From positions 13,974,421 through 14,038,420 of the forward strand of contig NC_081397.1 in assembly GCF_030684315.1 (NCBI RefSeq): DNA of 64,000 nucleotides, read 5' to 3'. Both the position numbers and the translations under genes were made by a program. Origin of the DNA: Stegostoma tigrinum (taxonomy: Eukaryota). This document shows, piece by piece, positions 1-12,109 of the stretch. Within the stretch, counting starts at the first letter, position 1; each line of letters starts with the position of its first letter. The notes below the pieces were generated by a model. The model worked only from the letters and a program-made list of their open reading frames with translations, ran no database searches and had not been told where the DNA came from.

Positions 1-83
1 TTACAACTGCTTCATGTCTGAGTGCGGTCCCTTCTGGCCTGGGTCTCTGGGGCAAGGAGCCATTCGCTCTGGGTCCAGCATTG

Positions 84-900
84 TTCATACGAGGAGCATT
101 GTCATTTCCTGTTTCTGTGGTGACCGGAAGTTTGGTGGAGGGACAGGTAATGGTGAGGAAGCAGAGAGGCTGCCGAAGGAATTGAACAGGCTCGGAGAGA
201 GGGCAAAGATATAGCATATGGAATACAATGGGGAAAAGTGTGAGGCTATGCACTTTGGTGGGAATAGAGGCATCGACCATTTTTCAAAGGGGGAAGTCTT
301 CGGAAATCTAAAGCCTTACTTCAGGATTCTCTTCAGGTTAACATGCAAGTTCATTCGGCAGTTCATTTCAAGAGGGCTAGAATACAAGAACAGATGTACT
401 GCTGAAGCTGTATAAGGCTCTGGTCAGATCGTATTTGGAATATTGTGAGCAGCTTTGGGCCCTGTATTTCAGGAAGGATGTGCTGGCCTTGGATGGGGGT
501 CCACAGGAGATTTACAAGATCCCAGGAATGAAGGGCTTGTCTAATGAGGAGTGGGGAGGACTGTGTGTCTGTGCTCAGTGGAGCTTAGAAGGATGAGGGA
601 GAATCCGATTCAAACTTACAGAATACTGAGAGGCCTGGATAGAGACCATGACATGATGGGCACAGCCTTAGCATGAAGGGATGATCTTTTCGAACTGAGA
701 TGAGCAGGAACTTCTTCAGCCAGAGGGTGGCGAATCTGCGGAACTCATTGAATGTCTTTAAGACAGTGATAGATAGGTTCTTAATTGGTAAAGAGATCAA
801 GGCCGAGGGGGAGAAGGCAGGAGAATGGGGTTCTCGGCCACAATCATATGGCAGAGCGGACTCGATGGGCCAAACAGCCTAATTTTGCTGTTATCATATG
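84..900 (+). mobile_element. CR1/HER1-type LINE 3' fragment (RT C-terminus and tail), decayed
   Basis: Fragmented CR1 ORF2 motifs (MEYNGEKCEAMHFG, RGLEYK, RNFFSQRVANL) followed by the typical 3' tail (gatgggccaaacagcct). Confidence 0.8.
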
Positions 901-1022
901 GGTCTTACATTGACTCTTACTGAGTGACCTGTAATGGATTACACACTTTAGCACCTCAGAATAAGAGCTTTCTGTTGCTACTGTCTGTACCACCCACACT
1001 AAAATGCGCTCAGGCAACTGAT

Positions 1023-2035
1023 TGACCAATACAACTTCAGGGCTAGGAGCAGGAGGAGACCATTCAGCCTCTTGGGTGCCTGTGGCCCCATTTGATACGG
1101 CACAGCTGATCCTATCTTGGCCTCAGATCCAGTTTCCTGCCCCTACTCCCATTCCCCATCATAGATTACAAATCTGTCTGTCTCCTCCTCCAACTTATTC
1201 AGTGTCCCAACATTCCCCACACACTCGGGAACAGCAGTACACACAGCACAGCAAATTCCCCAGATTCACATCCCTCTCTCCCTTGGAGAGAAGCCATTCC
1301 TCTTTATCTCTGTTTTCAATCTGTACCACCACCTTCTCCTGAAATGTTGAACTCTTGTGCTAGATAGTCCCACATGAGCAATCATTCTCTTTCCTTCTCC
1401 TTTCCATCTTATATCCCTCAGTTAGATCTTCTCTTATGCTTCTAAACTCCAGAGATTATTGGCCGAAACTGCTCAATCTCTCCTCATAAGACAACCCCCT
1501 TCCCTCAGAAACTGACATGGACAAAATCGCGTTACATCTAAGTAGTATACTGGATGTAGAACACACATCCCAAAGTGAGCTAGTCACAGTGTCGGAGAGG
1601 TCTCCAGCGCCAGTAAAAGGCCCATCGAGCCTGTGCCAGTTAAAAACACCACCTCACCATTCTCTAATTCCATTTCCCCAGCACTCAGCCCATTGCCTTG
1701 GCATCCCAGGTGCACATCAAAATCCATCTTCAATGTGATGAGGGTTTCTCCCTCTCCCACCTTCGCAGGTAGCGATTTCCAGGTTCCCCACCAGCCTCTG
1801 GGTGAAAACGTTGTACCTCATTGGTCCCTCCATCAAGGAGGAAACGTTTCTTCCTGCTCACCCAATCTATGGTCCCTCATCATTTGATACATCCCAATCG
1901 TGTCCAGCATCTCAATCTCCTCTGCTCTGACGATAAGAACCCCAGTCTGTCCAATCTCTCTCCATCACTGGCACTCTCCAGTGTCGAAAGCAACATCCTG
2001 GTGAAGCTGCCTCTACACCCTCTCCCCGTGCATTT
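1023..2035 (-). mobile_element. Decayed CR1-type LINE 3' fragments
   Basis: Reverse-strand CR1 tail signatures (gaccattcagcc, aaattccccagattcac, ggcaacatcctggtgaa-like). Confidence 0.55.
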
Positions 2036-2077
2036 AGATACATTCTGTCAATAAAGTGTCTTTTCTTTTATTTACAG

Positions 2078-2109
2078 CTCACTGTGATGTTGCATCAGGC
2101 GGGAAACAT
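2078..2109 (+). CDS. Putative 32-nt internal exon (xHCDVASGGKH) of a gene entering from the left
   Basis: Strong acceptor tcttttcttttatttacag (to 2077) and consensus donor gtaagt (2110-2115); phase 1 to 0 fits the exon at 5226. Confidence 0.55.
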
Positions 2110-2207
2110 GTAAGTTATTTTGTAGTGAAAAAGCTGGCAGTTAATTTTTAATCAGCAAAGTTATGTTTTTAGCAGGTGGTTCATGTAGAGTCACCGTTGT
2201 CTCCTTG

Positions 2208-2800
2208 CAGAGAGGGAGAGGGAGAGAGAGAGGGACAGAGAAAGAGGGACAGAGAGAGGGACAGAGAAAGAGGGACAGAGAAAGAGGGACAGAGAAAGAG
2301 GGACAGAGAGAGAGGGACAGAGAGAGAGGGACAGAGAAAGAGGGACAGAGAAAGAGGGACAGAGAGAGAGGGACAGAGAGAGAGGGACAGAGAGAGAGGG
2401 ACAGAGAGAGAGGGACAGAGAGAGAGGGACAGAGAGAGAGGGACAGAGAGAGAGGGACAGAGAGAGGGACAGAGAAAGAGGGACAGAGAAAGAGGGACAG
2501 AGAAAGAGGGACAGAGAGAGAGGGACAGAGAGAGAGGGACAGAGAGAGGGACAGAGAAAGAGGGACAGAGAGAGGGACAGAGAGAGGGACAGAGAGAGAG
2601 GGACAGAGAGAGAGGGACAGAGAGAGAGGGACAGAGAGAGAGGGACAGAGAGAGGGACAGAGAAAGAGGGACAGAGAAAGAGGGACAGAGAGAGAGGGAC
2701 AGAGAAAGAGGGACAGAGAAAGAGGGACAGAGAAAGGGACAGAGAGAGGGACAGAGAGAGGGACAGAGAGAGGGACGGAGAGAGGGACGGAGAGAGGGAC
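2208..2800. repeat. Purine-rich compound tandem repeat (GGGACAGAGA[GA/AA]GA, 12-14 bp units)
   Basis: Directly visible; generates the low-complexity ERGTEREGQR ORFs. Confidence 0.97.
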
Positions 2801-2965
2801 ACAACAGCAACAAGTGTTTTACTGTTTAACCTGAGGGTCACCACATCTAAGGCAAAGGGCGACGATCATTCCCAGCAAACTCAACCAGTGCAGAAACTGA
2901 ACCACACGCTTTCAGCACGACCAGACAGTCAACTGAGCTAAGCAAGCCCTACACGGCAAAAACAC

Positions 2966-3240
2966 TGGGCAGCACGGTGGCTCAGTGGTTAGCACTGCTG
3001 CCTCATATTGTGTGTGTGGTTTCCACCGGGTGCTCCAGTCTTCTCCCATTGTCTAAAGGTGTGCAGGTTCGGTGGATTGGTCATGCTAAATTGCTCAGAG
3101 TGTCCAGGGGTGGGTAGATTAGGGAGATTAACCATGGGAAGTGAACGGGTTCGAGGAGTGGGTCTGTGTGGGATGCTGTTCAGAGGGTTGCTATGCACTC
3201 AATGGGCTGAATGGCCTACTTCTCCAATGGAGGGATTCCA
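2966..3240 (+). mobile_element. HE1-like V-SINE (tRNA-derived head, internally deleted)
   Basis: Head ggcagcacggtggctcagtggttagcactgctgcctca, central ccgggtgctccagtcttctcccatt..gtgcaggtt..catgctaaattgc, CR1-like tail gggctgaatggcct. Confidence 0.8.
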
Positions 3241-3479
3241 CTGCTGTCGATGTTTGGCTCAATGGTGTGGGGCAAATTATACTGACCTGAACACCGCACT
3301 TTGATATGATTCATTTGCAATTTCTGAAATAATGGGGAGGCAATATCCTATTCTGTCAGATGGCTGGGATATACTGTGAGGACTTGAATTTAAATCTTGC
3401 TGTGGCATGCGGTGGATTTTGACTTCTACTTTGAACAAAACAGATCTGGAGTTAAGACTCTAATGATGACCATGGTAAG

Positions 3480-5190
3480 AAGCAAAGAACAATCTGGTTC
3501 ACTAGTGAAGACTGACATGAGAAGTTATTTCTTCTCTCAGAGAGATAAGAGACTTTGGAACTCCATGCTACAGGGAGCTGTGTGTATTTGTGGCAGCAGG
3601 GGGAAGGCAGATTTAAGGCTGAGATTGACAGATTCTTGATCAATTGGGGAATCAAAGGGAAGGGCAGGAAAGTGGACATGAGGAATGTTGGATCAGCCAC
3701 AGTCCTATTGAATAGTGGAGCAGGATCGAGGGGCCGAATGGCCTACTCCCATTTTTGTCTCTGATGGTTCTTATGGGAGCAAAATCTGCCATTCTCACCT
3801 GATCTGCTCTGCACGTGACTCCGAACCCTTTGCAAACTCCTCATTGCCTTCAGGCCGAGCACGTTGATCCATTGAAGGATATTTTGAGATTGGCATCCAC
3901 TTGCCACATCCTGTTCAGAGTACAGAGAAATAACATTCGTCATAATCCGTTTCAACTTTGTTCCAACTGTGTGCTTTTCTAAGAGGAACTGGTCTGTGTA
4001 ACAACCCCAGATGTTCACAGCTCATGCCATACACTCTCAGTGTCTTCCAGATAAAGTTTGTTATTCTCACCATCCACTCCCTCCATATCCCCACGTTCAC
4101 CACCCACCCCCTCCGAATGTCCAGTTTGTAGACTCAACACTGAGATGATTGAAACAGTTTAATGTAGATCAGAGTGACATGATCTGCTTTGGGTGCAAAA
4201 CCAGGAAACTGGGTTTTTATCCGCCGGATTGGGATGTCGGGGTGCTCCAAGACCTGGATGTACCTCATACACCAGTCACTGACAGTGAGCATTACAGGAG
4301 CAGCAGATGGTGAAGAAGGGAAATGGGATGTTGGCCTTCATAGTGAGAAGGTTCCAGTCCAGGAGCAAGGCTGTCTTGCTGCAATTGTACAGGGAGAGAC
4401 CACTTCTGCTGTATTGCGTCTGCAGTCTGGGGTCTCCGTCTCTGTGGAAGGATGTACTGGCTATGGAGGGAGTGCAGCTGAAGTTTCCCAAACTGAATCC
4501 TGGGATGGCAGGTCTGATGGACAAGCAAAGACTAGATTGGTGAGGATTATATTCACTGGAGTTTAGAAGATTGAGGGTCGATCTCATAGAAACCTGTGAA
4601 ACTTCAATGGGACTTAATAGGGGTAAACACAGATGTTGCTGATGGCTGGAGTGGGGGCTGAGGGCACGTGAGTCCACACTCAGGGGGTCACAGTCTAAAG
4701 GAGATGGGGAAGGGCTGAGGGTGGGGAGAAATGTCTTCACCTAGAGGGTGGGGAGCCAATGGGATTCTCTGTCACAGAATGTAGTCGGGACCAGAGCAGT
4801 GAATGTTGTTCAATTAGTTGCATGGAGTTCTTAGGGGCAAAATGTCTTGTACAGCCACATCATAACATCCCAACTCCTACATTCAGTGTTGGAACTGATG
4901 AAGGCAACTGTTCCAAACTTGCCGTCCGCTTTATGGAACTTTATGGAACTATGGAACTTTATGGAACTATGTGCCTGCACCCCTCAATACCTCTGTTTGA
5001 CAACACTCCGCAGGGCCCTACCATTAACCTGCCCTGGTTTGCCTCAGCAAAGATGCAACATCTCTATATTTGTCTAAATTAAACTCTACCTGCCAGTCCG
5101 CGGCCCATTGGCCCAGTTGATCAAGTTCCCGTTGTACTCTGAGATAACCACCTTCACTGTCCATGAGGCCACCGATTTTGCTCCTGCTCC
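3480..5190. mobile_element. Nested CR1-type LINE fragments (mostly +, 4850-5190 on -)
   Basis: Remnants such as FFSQR..LWNS, VKKGNGMLAFI, LLQLYR and CR1 tails. Confidence 0.7.
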
Positions 5191-5225
5191 TCATTTACTA
5201 TGTTTCTGTATTGTCCTATTTTCAG

Positions 5226-5357
5226 GCTGAGCAAGCAGACCAGCAACCATCCTGCATCACATACACCACCCTGAGGCACACAGATATGCGAGGGGATGAG
5301 GAACCAGGTCAAGGTGAAGAGGGAAATGTTTCTGTCAATCTTCCATGGACATTGTGA
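5226..5357 (+). CDS. Putative terminal coding exon AEQADQQPSCITYTTLRHTDMRGDEEPGQGEEGNVSVNLPWTL* with an ITIM-like motif
   Basis: Pyrimidine tract and acceptor (tgtttctgtattgtcctattttcag), phase 0, open to TGA at 5355-5357; ITYTTL matches the ITIM consensus I/V/L/SxYxxL/V. Confidence 0.5.
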   Translation, partial: AEQADQQPSCITYTTLRHTDMRGDEEPGQGEEGNVSVNLPWTL

Positions 5358-5759
5358 GACAGCACAGAAGAATCCCTTCAATGCCTCACAAATTGATGGA
5401 TAGTAATTGTTCCTTCCAGAAAATAAGGGGGAGAAGGAAGAGAGGACAGAGGAGCGTCAAGTTTCTGCAGCTGAGAAATGGCTAAGCTTTGTTCCCATTC
5501 ACTCAGCCAGACATCAACTCCAAACATGAATTTGCCTTGAGAAGCCATCGGAATAACTGTCTCTCACATAACTCTGAGTGGGCCAATTTCTTCTGCTGTA
5601 ACATGATCTGATCCATGATCGCAGGGGTTTGACATTTTGTGCTGTCCATTCCTAACTTGAATATCGATTTAATCTCCTGGTTAGTGGGTCAGGACAGATG
5701 ACATAAAGAACTGAATCTGCTCTGCATTTATTTTATAATTGTGGTGAGCTGGAAATAAT

Positions 5760-6620
5760 TCTAGGCAGGATTGTTCTCCAGCCCCATCTACGTTACCCTC
5801 TAAACTTCATCATTTTCAAATATATATCCAGCTCTCTTTTCATACCTCACATGGAATCCACCTTCACCACTCTCCCAGGCAGCGCATTCTAAATCCTAAC
5901 AATGCTCCGAGTAAAGATGTTTCTCCTCATCTCACTCCTAGCTGTCTTGGTGACAATCTTGAAACTGTGACCCCTGGTTACTGACATAGTGTAAATAGAG
6001 TATTGAACTTCACTCTGTCAAAATTCTTCACAATTGTGAACACCTCCATAAGGTTTCCTTTTATTCTTCTCTGCTCCAAGGGGAATAAGCCTGATTTCAT
6101 TAATCTTTCCTTGTCAGTAAAATCCTGCTATCATTCTAGTAATCTTCTTTGAACCCTCCCCAGAGGCTTCTTCCTTCAATAAGGTGTCCAGAACTGAACA
6201 CAAATCTAGTCTGAGCAATGTGGTCTTAGCAATGATTTGTAGAGGCGTAGCATTACATCCTTCCTTTGAGACTCAATGCCTCTATTTTTAAACTCAAAGA
6301 TCCTTTGAACCTGCTTCACAACTGTTTCAACTTGCCTGGCCACCTTTAGAGAATAATGCACATGAACCCCAAGATCTCTCTGCTCCAATACTCCCCTCAA
6401 AGCTGTACCCTTAAGCTTGTATTGTTTCTCTGTGTCTTTATTCGCAAAATGCACGAGCTCATATTTTTCTGCATTGAAATTTATCTGCCAGGTCTCTGCC
6501 CATTTGGCCAACTTGTCAATGTCCCTGTGAAGTCATTCAGTATCATCCGCACAATTCACTCTTCTCCCTGGCTTAGTATCACCTGCGCATTCAGAGATTT
6601 TATCCTCAATACCCAACTCC
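5760..6620 (-). mobile_element. CR1-type LINE RT fragment
   Basis: ORF 6206-6511: WAETWQINFNAEKYELVHF..QRDLGVHVH..LYKSLLRPH. Confidence 0.85.
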
Positions 6621-6659
6621 AAATCATTTCTATAATCAATATATTTATCTACATATACT

Positions 6660-7210
6660 TGTCAGTTTCTCATATGTAAATGTATGACTATATTTACCAG
6701 CCTGTATCTGTTAGTTTTTGCTCTGAGAATTGAGAGTGACAACATTAATCTGTATCTGTCAGTTTCTGTTGTGTGAATATGAGTTCCCAGTCTATGCCTC
6801 TCCGTTTCTGCCTTGTCAGTGTGTAAATGTACTTATCGAAGTACACCTGTCAGTTCCTGCTTGGTGAATGTGTGAGTGCTGTTCCCAACATGTACCTGTG
6901 AGATTCTGCTCTGTAAATAGGAGAGTCTAGTTAACAGACTATACTTGTCAGTTTATGCGCTGTGAAACTGGGAGTGTAGTTATCATTGTGTATGTCCGTT
7001 TTAGCTTTGAGAATGAGGGTGAAGTTATTCATCTCTCCCTGACAGTTCCTGCAATGCGAATGCATGACTGACATTAGCAGAAACCAAGAGAGACTGATAA
7101 CTACAGTCACACCTTTACATTGTAGTCAATGTGTTGTCATCATTTGTGTGTTTCTGCAATATGAACAAGTGGGTGTAGTTATCAATCTGTACGTGTCAGT
7201 TTCTCCTCAT
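6660..7210 (+). repeat. Degenerate ~49-bp minisatellite array
   Basis: Recurring ttatcaatctgtacctgtcagtttctgct..gtgaat units. Confidence 0.75.
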
Positions 7211-9168
7211 GTATCAAAATGGCTAAGTCTCTGAAGGCCAGTATTATTCTCTGTGACTGTACAAATCACTCTGTGATAGTTATTGTTAGGGTGTTGAGGC
7301 TGGCTCTTAATCTCTTCTGCATTGTGTGATTTATGAGTTGAGTGTCAATCCGTGTGGTAGGTGAGGGGGGTGAGGAAGTTCAGGACATGGGGTGACAACA
7401 GGAGGGGAACTGCTTTATTCTGAGAACCATTCTGACAAATGGTCACATATTTCCTATTTGGTCAGACAGCCTGAGATCTGTGGTACCACTGATTAAACTG
7501 TTTGTTTCTCACCAAAATCAGAATCACAGATATGGTACAGCATAGGAGCAGACCATTCAGCCCACTGTCTCTGTACTGGGAATTTTTTATGCAGCAGTTC
7601 CGCAGTAATTGTTAGGAATGTGAACTTCATCTACTCATTGTCAGCGTCTATTTGTAAAGGCCAATATGACATAAGTTCTGTGGGTATCTGGCTTTTCATA
7701 ACGATCGTGGCAGTTTTGATGTGTTTCCCACAGTCTCAGGGAGAGTACATGGATCTCATTCTCGTATGTTCAGTTGTGGTTTGTGTCGGAGTAGTAAACT
7801 CTGTCAAACTCTTTTCAATTGCACTCAACTGCATTGCATTTCAGTCTCAGTTTGTTTTTACATTGTGCATGAGGTTGAGTGTGCAGTAGAATCTATCTGT
7901 CACTACTGGGCACTGTAATAGTCCAATATCCTCAGGTGTAATCAGAGATTTTGAGAGTCAGTTCATATCTGGAAATTACTGAGAGGCCGTACTTCATTCT
8001 TTTCCTTTTAGCATCCACTGGCTGTGTGTGAGTGAGTTTTCCCTCGTGCTGCCAGTCTGCATCTCAGTTCCCGTCTCCTGTCGTGAATGGGAAACCACCG
8101 AAGATCTTTAATTGTTGGTGCCTGTGGGAATCATGTGCAAGTGAAAGGCAACACACTGCTACAGAAGGGACTCTGTGCTGTTCCTCAGATTCAAGACTGG
8201 AAACACAATGGGCCTTTGTAACTTGTATAGTGTAGAGTTGAACGGGGATTAATGATGTAAAGTATTGACTGTCAGAATAACATCCGTTTCTTTTTCAGTG
8301 TGTAGTGATATGCTTTTCTGAGTAACGCTAAAGTAGCAATCAGTGTAAACTGTGAAAGCCAATGGCAGTGAACAATTCAACTGCATTGCAGCTGCCTGAC
8401 CACACAGTGTCGCTTGGACAGAAAAGACAAACAGGGAACTTATTCCCTGATGTAGACAGGACATGACCCTGCTCTGTGCTGTGATGGTGGAAGCAATTAC
8501 TGGTACTCTTGTGTTGTTCTATGGGAGGGAAGTGGAAAGGAAAAGGAAGTTTATTTTCTGTCTTGCAGTGCAGCAGATTTAAAGTGTGAAACTCAATTTA
8601 TTGAACAATCAACACTGTTCAACTCTGCTTTGAAACAAAATGAGTGTTTCACAAACCTACCAAGCAAACCAATTTTGTCTATTTTTATTTTGTGCACTGC
8701 TTTGAAAGGTAACCACTTGATTAAACTGATTTATTGTGAAAATTGTATTCAGATATCTTGGTATTTCTCTGCAATACATTCTCGGGAGGGCCAGGAGGAA
8801 TGTCAGGCTCTTTATAGAAAATTGAGATTAATTTTGAAAGAGGTACTCGAGGTTTCTTGCTGGACTGAAAAAGACAAAGCAAATTCTAATCCTGAAAGGT
8901 GAAGAAAAGGAGAATGATGTTGCGATAAAGGTGGGGATGGCAGCTTCTCTGCTGCTATCATACATTTATGTGAATGAAATGTTGAATGAATGGGATGAGA
9001 ATTCTCGGTGCAGACTCAATAATGTGAAGGACTGCAGGCCTCTCTGACAATGGCTCTGTGAATAGAAATCATTCCAGATGTGACAGTTTCTGTTGCTTGC
9101 AATGTATACGGTATTGCATGGCTATTATATGTTGGAACGTGTGTTGGAATGGTATATATATTTGATAG

Positions 9169-9225
9169 TGAGAGAGAGAGAGAGGGAGAGAGAGAGAGAG
9201 GAGGGTGCAAGAGAGGGAGTGAGAG
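9169..9225. repeat. (GA)n-rich microsatellite
   Basis: Direct. Confidence 0.9.
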
Positions 9226-9682
9226 TGTATATTAACAATTCTCTCGTTGTCAGTCTTTTTGTGACTATTGTGACAAATATTCAGTAAAATAATAATTCTG
9301 TCTGCCTGTTACTGCTAACTGAAATGTTTGCTTCAATATCTGTACTCCATATCTACTTCCCATGTGGTTGGTCAAACTAACAGTATCATCTATTTGTTCA
9401 CTTCCCTGTAACACTGAAAGTACCCTTCCTAAATGCAGATTTCATGCTGTTCCTGTGTAGGTATTTTGGATGAGGATTCAGTCTGTCATTCCTCCAAAGT
9501 GAAATTGTTTAGAACTGGGTGGCTGGAAGTGACAGTACAGATAAAAGATATACACTGGTATTTCCTCAATGGTGTTTGACTCTTGGTTAGAACACATCTC
9601 TCTGGAAATTGCATTCAATGTGTGAGATTGAATCTGCTATCACTGTGGCTAGGATATTCTATGCTCTGACAGTGTAACATAC

Positions 9683-9764
9683 CTGGTGGTTGTTGTAAGA
9701 TGCTGGTCACAATTGGCTTTGTACTGAGGAAACACTAAATTGTCCTGGTCCTTCAAGTATTGGC
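9683..9764 (-). other. 82-nt repeated exon-like module, copy A (acceptor AG changed to CG)
   Basis: Donor GTATGT intact; open frame QYLKDQDNLVFPQYKANCDQHLTTTT; homologous to six other copies. Confidence 0.55.
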
Positions 9765-10149
9765 CGGGAGGAAGAAGGAATACCTCCTGTAAACTAACAT
9801 CAGTTGAGATTGATCACATTGATATTGCCAATGTAACATTCAGTTAATTATTCATTAGGATTGTTTGTTTCGAGCTACTTATTTGAACAGAACCACGGTC
9901 TGATTCTACTCCTAGCCTGAGCTGCTCCTTGTCTATTTTTTTTTCTTAAAATTCGAATACCCGGTTGAGTGAGATCCAGAAGCTAACCAACACTGATACA
10001 GCTGCATGAGTGGGAGTACATACTGCAAGTGGGTATATGGATATGTGAGTTTCGTTATCCATCTATATCTGTCAGCTCCCACTTGTTGAATGCGTGAGTG
10101 TCGTTACAAATATGTACCTGTCAGTATATGCTCTGTTAATTTTTTTAAA

Positions 10150-10900
10150 TAAATTCAAATGTAGCGAGAGACAGTGAAATGCTCTGTTTACGAGCAGTAC
10201 AGGCCGATCACAGTCAGCAAGGATGTACAGAACAAAACAACTCAGAGAGGAATGCAGGTTACATTTCACAGGGTGCGCACTCGGAGAGATCAACATTGGC
10301 AAGATCATCATTATTTGAGGCTAAAGAGTCCATTCATCAATTTAATAATGAACAGGAAGAAGCTGCCCCTGAACCTGTTCGGGCTTCTGTATCTTCTGCC
10401 TGATTCAAGAGGTTGTAGGAGATTATTCATCCCTGGAACATCTATACAACAAAACCACCTACATCAGACTCCTGCTCATTGAACGCGGAGCTGTAGTCAA
10501 CACTGTTATCCTGTGCAGACTGATCTCAAAACTCTGTGACCTTGGTCTCGGCTCCACCCACTGCAACTGGATCCTCAAATTTCTAACCCATAGACTGCAA
10601 TCAGTGAAGACAGACAACTGCATCTCCTCTACAATAACACACAACACTGGAGGCCACCCGCCAAGGATGCAACCTCAGGCCCCTACTGTACACCCAACAC
10701 TGTGGGGCCAATTTCCAAATGAACACCATCTACAAGTTTGCTGATGACACGATCATAGTGGGACACATATGGAACAACCAGGAGTCAAAACCCAGAAGGG
10801 AGATAGAGGGCTTGATGACATGGTGCAGTGAAGGCGACCTCTCTCTCAATGTTGGAAAAACTGAAGAACTGACCATTGGCTTCAGAAAGAATGGGGGAGA
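10150..10900. mobile_element. Rex/Babar-like non-LTR retrotransposon RT fragment (+ from ~10470, short inverted piece before)
   Basis: IYKFADDTIIVG..REIEGLMTWC..LSLNVGKTEELTIGFRK. Confidence 0.7.
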
Positions 10901-10984
10901 ACCACCATCACCGCCGCCCTGCCCCGCATCCCCCTGCCCCACTCCCCCACCCCCATCCCGCCCCCACCCCACCCCCTGCCCCAC

Positions 10985-12100
10985 CCTCGCTTCCCACAGA
11001 ATCCTTGGATAAATCCCATCAGACCCAGGGGAATTATCTATCTTCACCTTCCTCAAAGTTCTTGGCACATCTTCCTTCCTAATATTGGAAGGCTGGAAGA
11101 GGTCAGACTGTTTCATACTGTTAAAAAAAATCCTTAAGAATCCTCCGATCCTTCAGCCACTTCACTTCAATCAATGACCTCTGATTTTTGAACAGTTTCT
11201 CCAAGGGAAACAGGTTCCTCCTGTCTATTCTGTCTCTTCTTTTCACAGTTTCGTTTTCTTCAATCATGACACCCCTCAGCCTCCTCTATTCCAAGCAATA
11301 TAACTTCACCCTCTGCAATCTCTCCTCGGAGCTACAATCTCCAGCCCTGGCAACATTCTGGTAAATCTCCTCTGCATTCCCTCCACAGCAATTACATCCT
11401 TCCTGTAATATGGTGACCAGAACTGCACACAATACTCCAGTTGCAGCCTCACCATTTCCGTACAGTTTCACAGTTATATCCCTACGTTTGTATTCCATAC
11501 CACTGTCAATGAAGGGGAACATTGTACATGCCTTGTTTATAATTCTAAATGCCCGTACTGCTACCTTTAGGGACCTGTGCGCCTGCACACCAGATCTCTC
11601 ACTTCATCTACCGTTCTCAATATACTCTCAATTATTTTCGATTCCATTTACTGTTTGAGCTTCCAAAGTGCATTATCTTGCACTTATCAGAGCTGAACTC
11701 CATCTGCCACTTTCCTGCCAACTCCACTAAACTATCTGTACCATTTTGCATCTTACAATTATCCTCTACACTACCCACTACATGGCCAAGTTTGTGTTGT
11801 CTGCAAACTTCTCAAATAAGCCCACCACATTCAAGTCCAAATCATCAACGCAGAAAACAAACGGCAGGGGTTCCAACACTGAGCCATGCTGAGCACCACT
11901 TGAAACAGCTTTCTATTCACAAAGGCAGCAATCAACCACTACATTTTGTTTCCTGTTACTGAGCCATCTTTGGACACAATTCAACATACTGCCCTGTATC
12001 CCAGAGGCTCTTACTTTTTGGACCAGTCTACCATGTGGCACTTTGTCAAATACCTTACTAAAATCCATACAGATGGCATCCGATGCACTTCCCTCACACA
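10985..12100 (-). mobile_element. CR1-type LINE ORF2 fragments
   Basis: SPGSDGIYPRILWEAR; DAICMDFSKVFDKVPHGRLVQKVRASGIQG. Confidence 0.85.
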
Positions 12101-12109
12101 TTCACATCA

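Noticed and set aside
2163-2844. Four 210-223 aa ORFs on both strands
   Set aside because: Artefacts of a stop-free GA-rich tandem repeat
2966-3005. tRNA gene
   Set aside because: Only the tRNA-derived SINE head; no complete cloverleaf
4929-4970. Short (tttatggaac) tandem repeat
   Set aside because: Local slippage inside LINE debris
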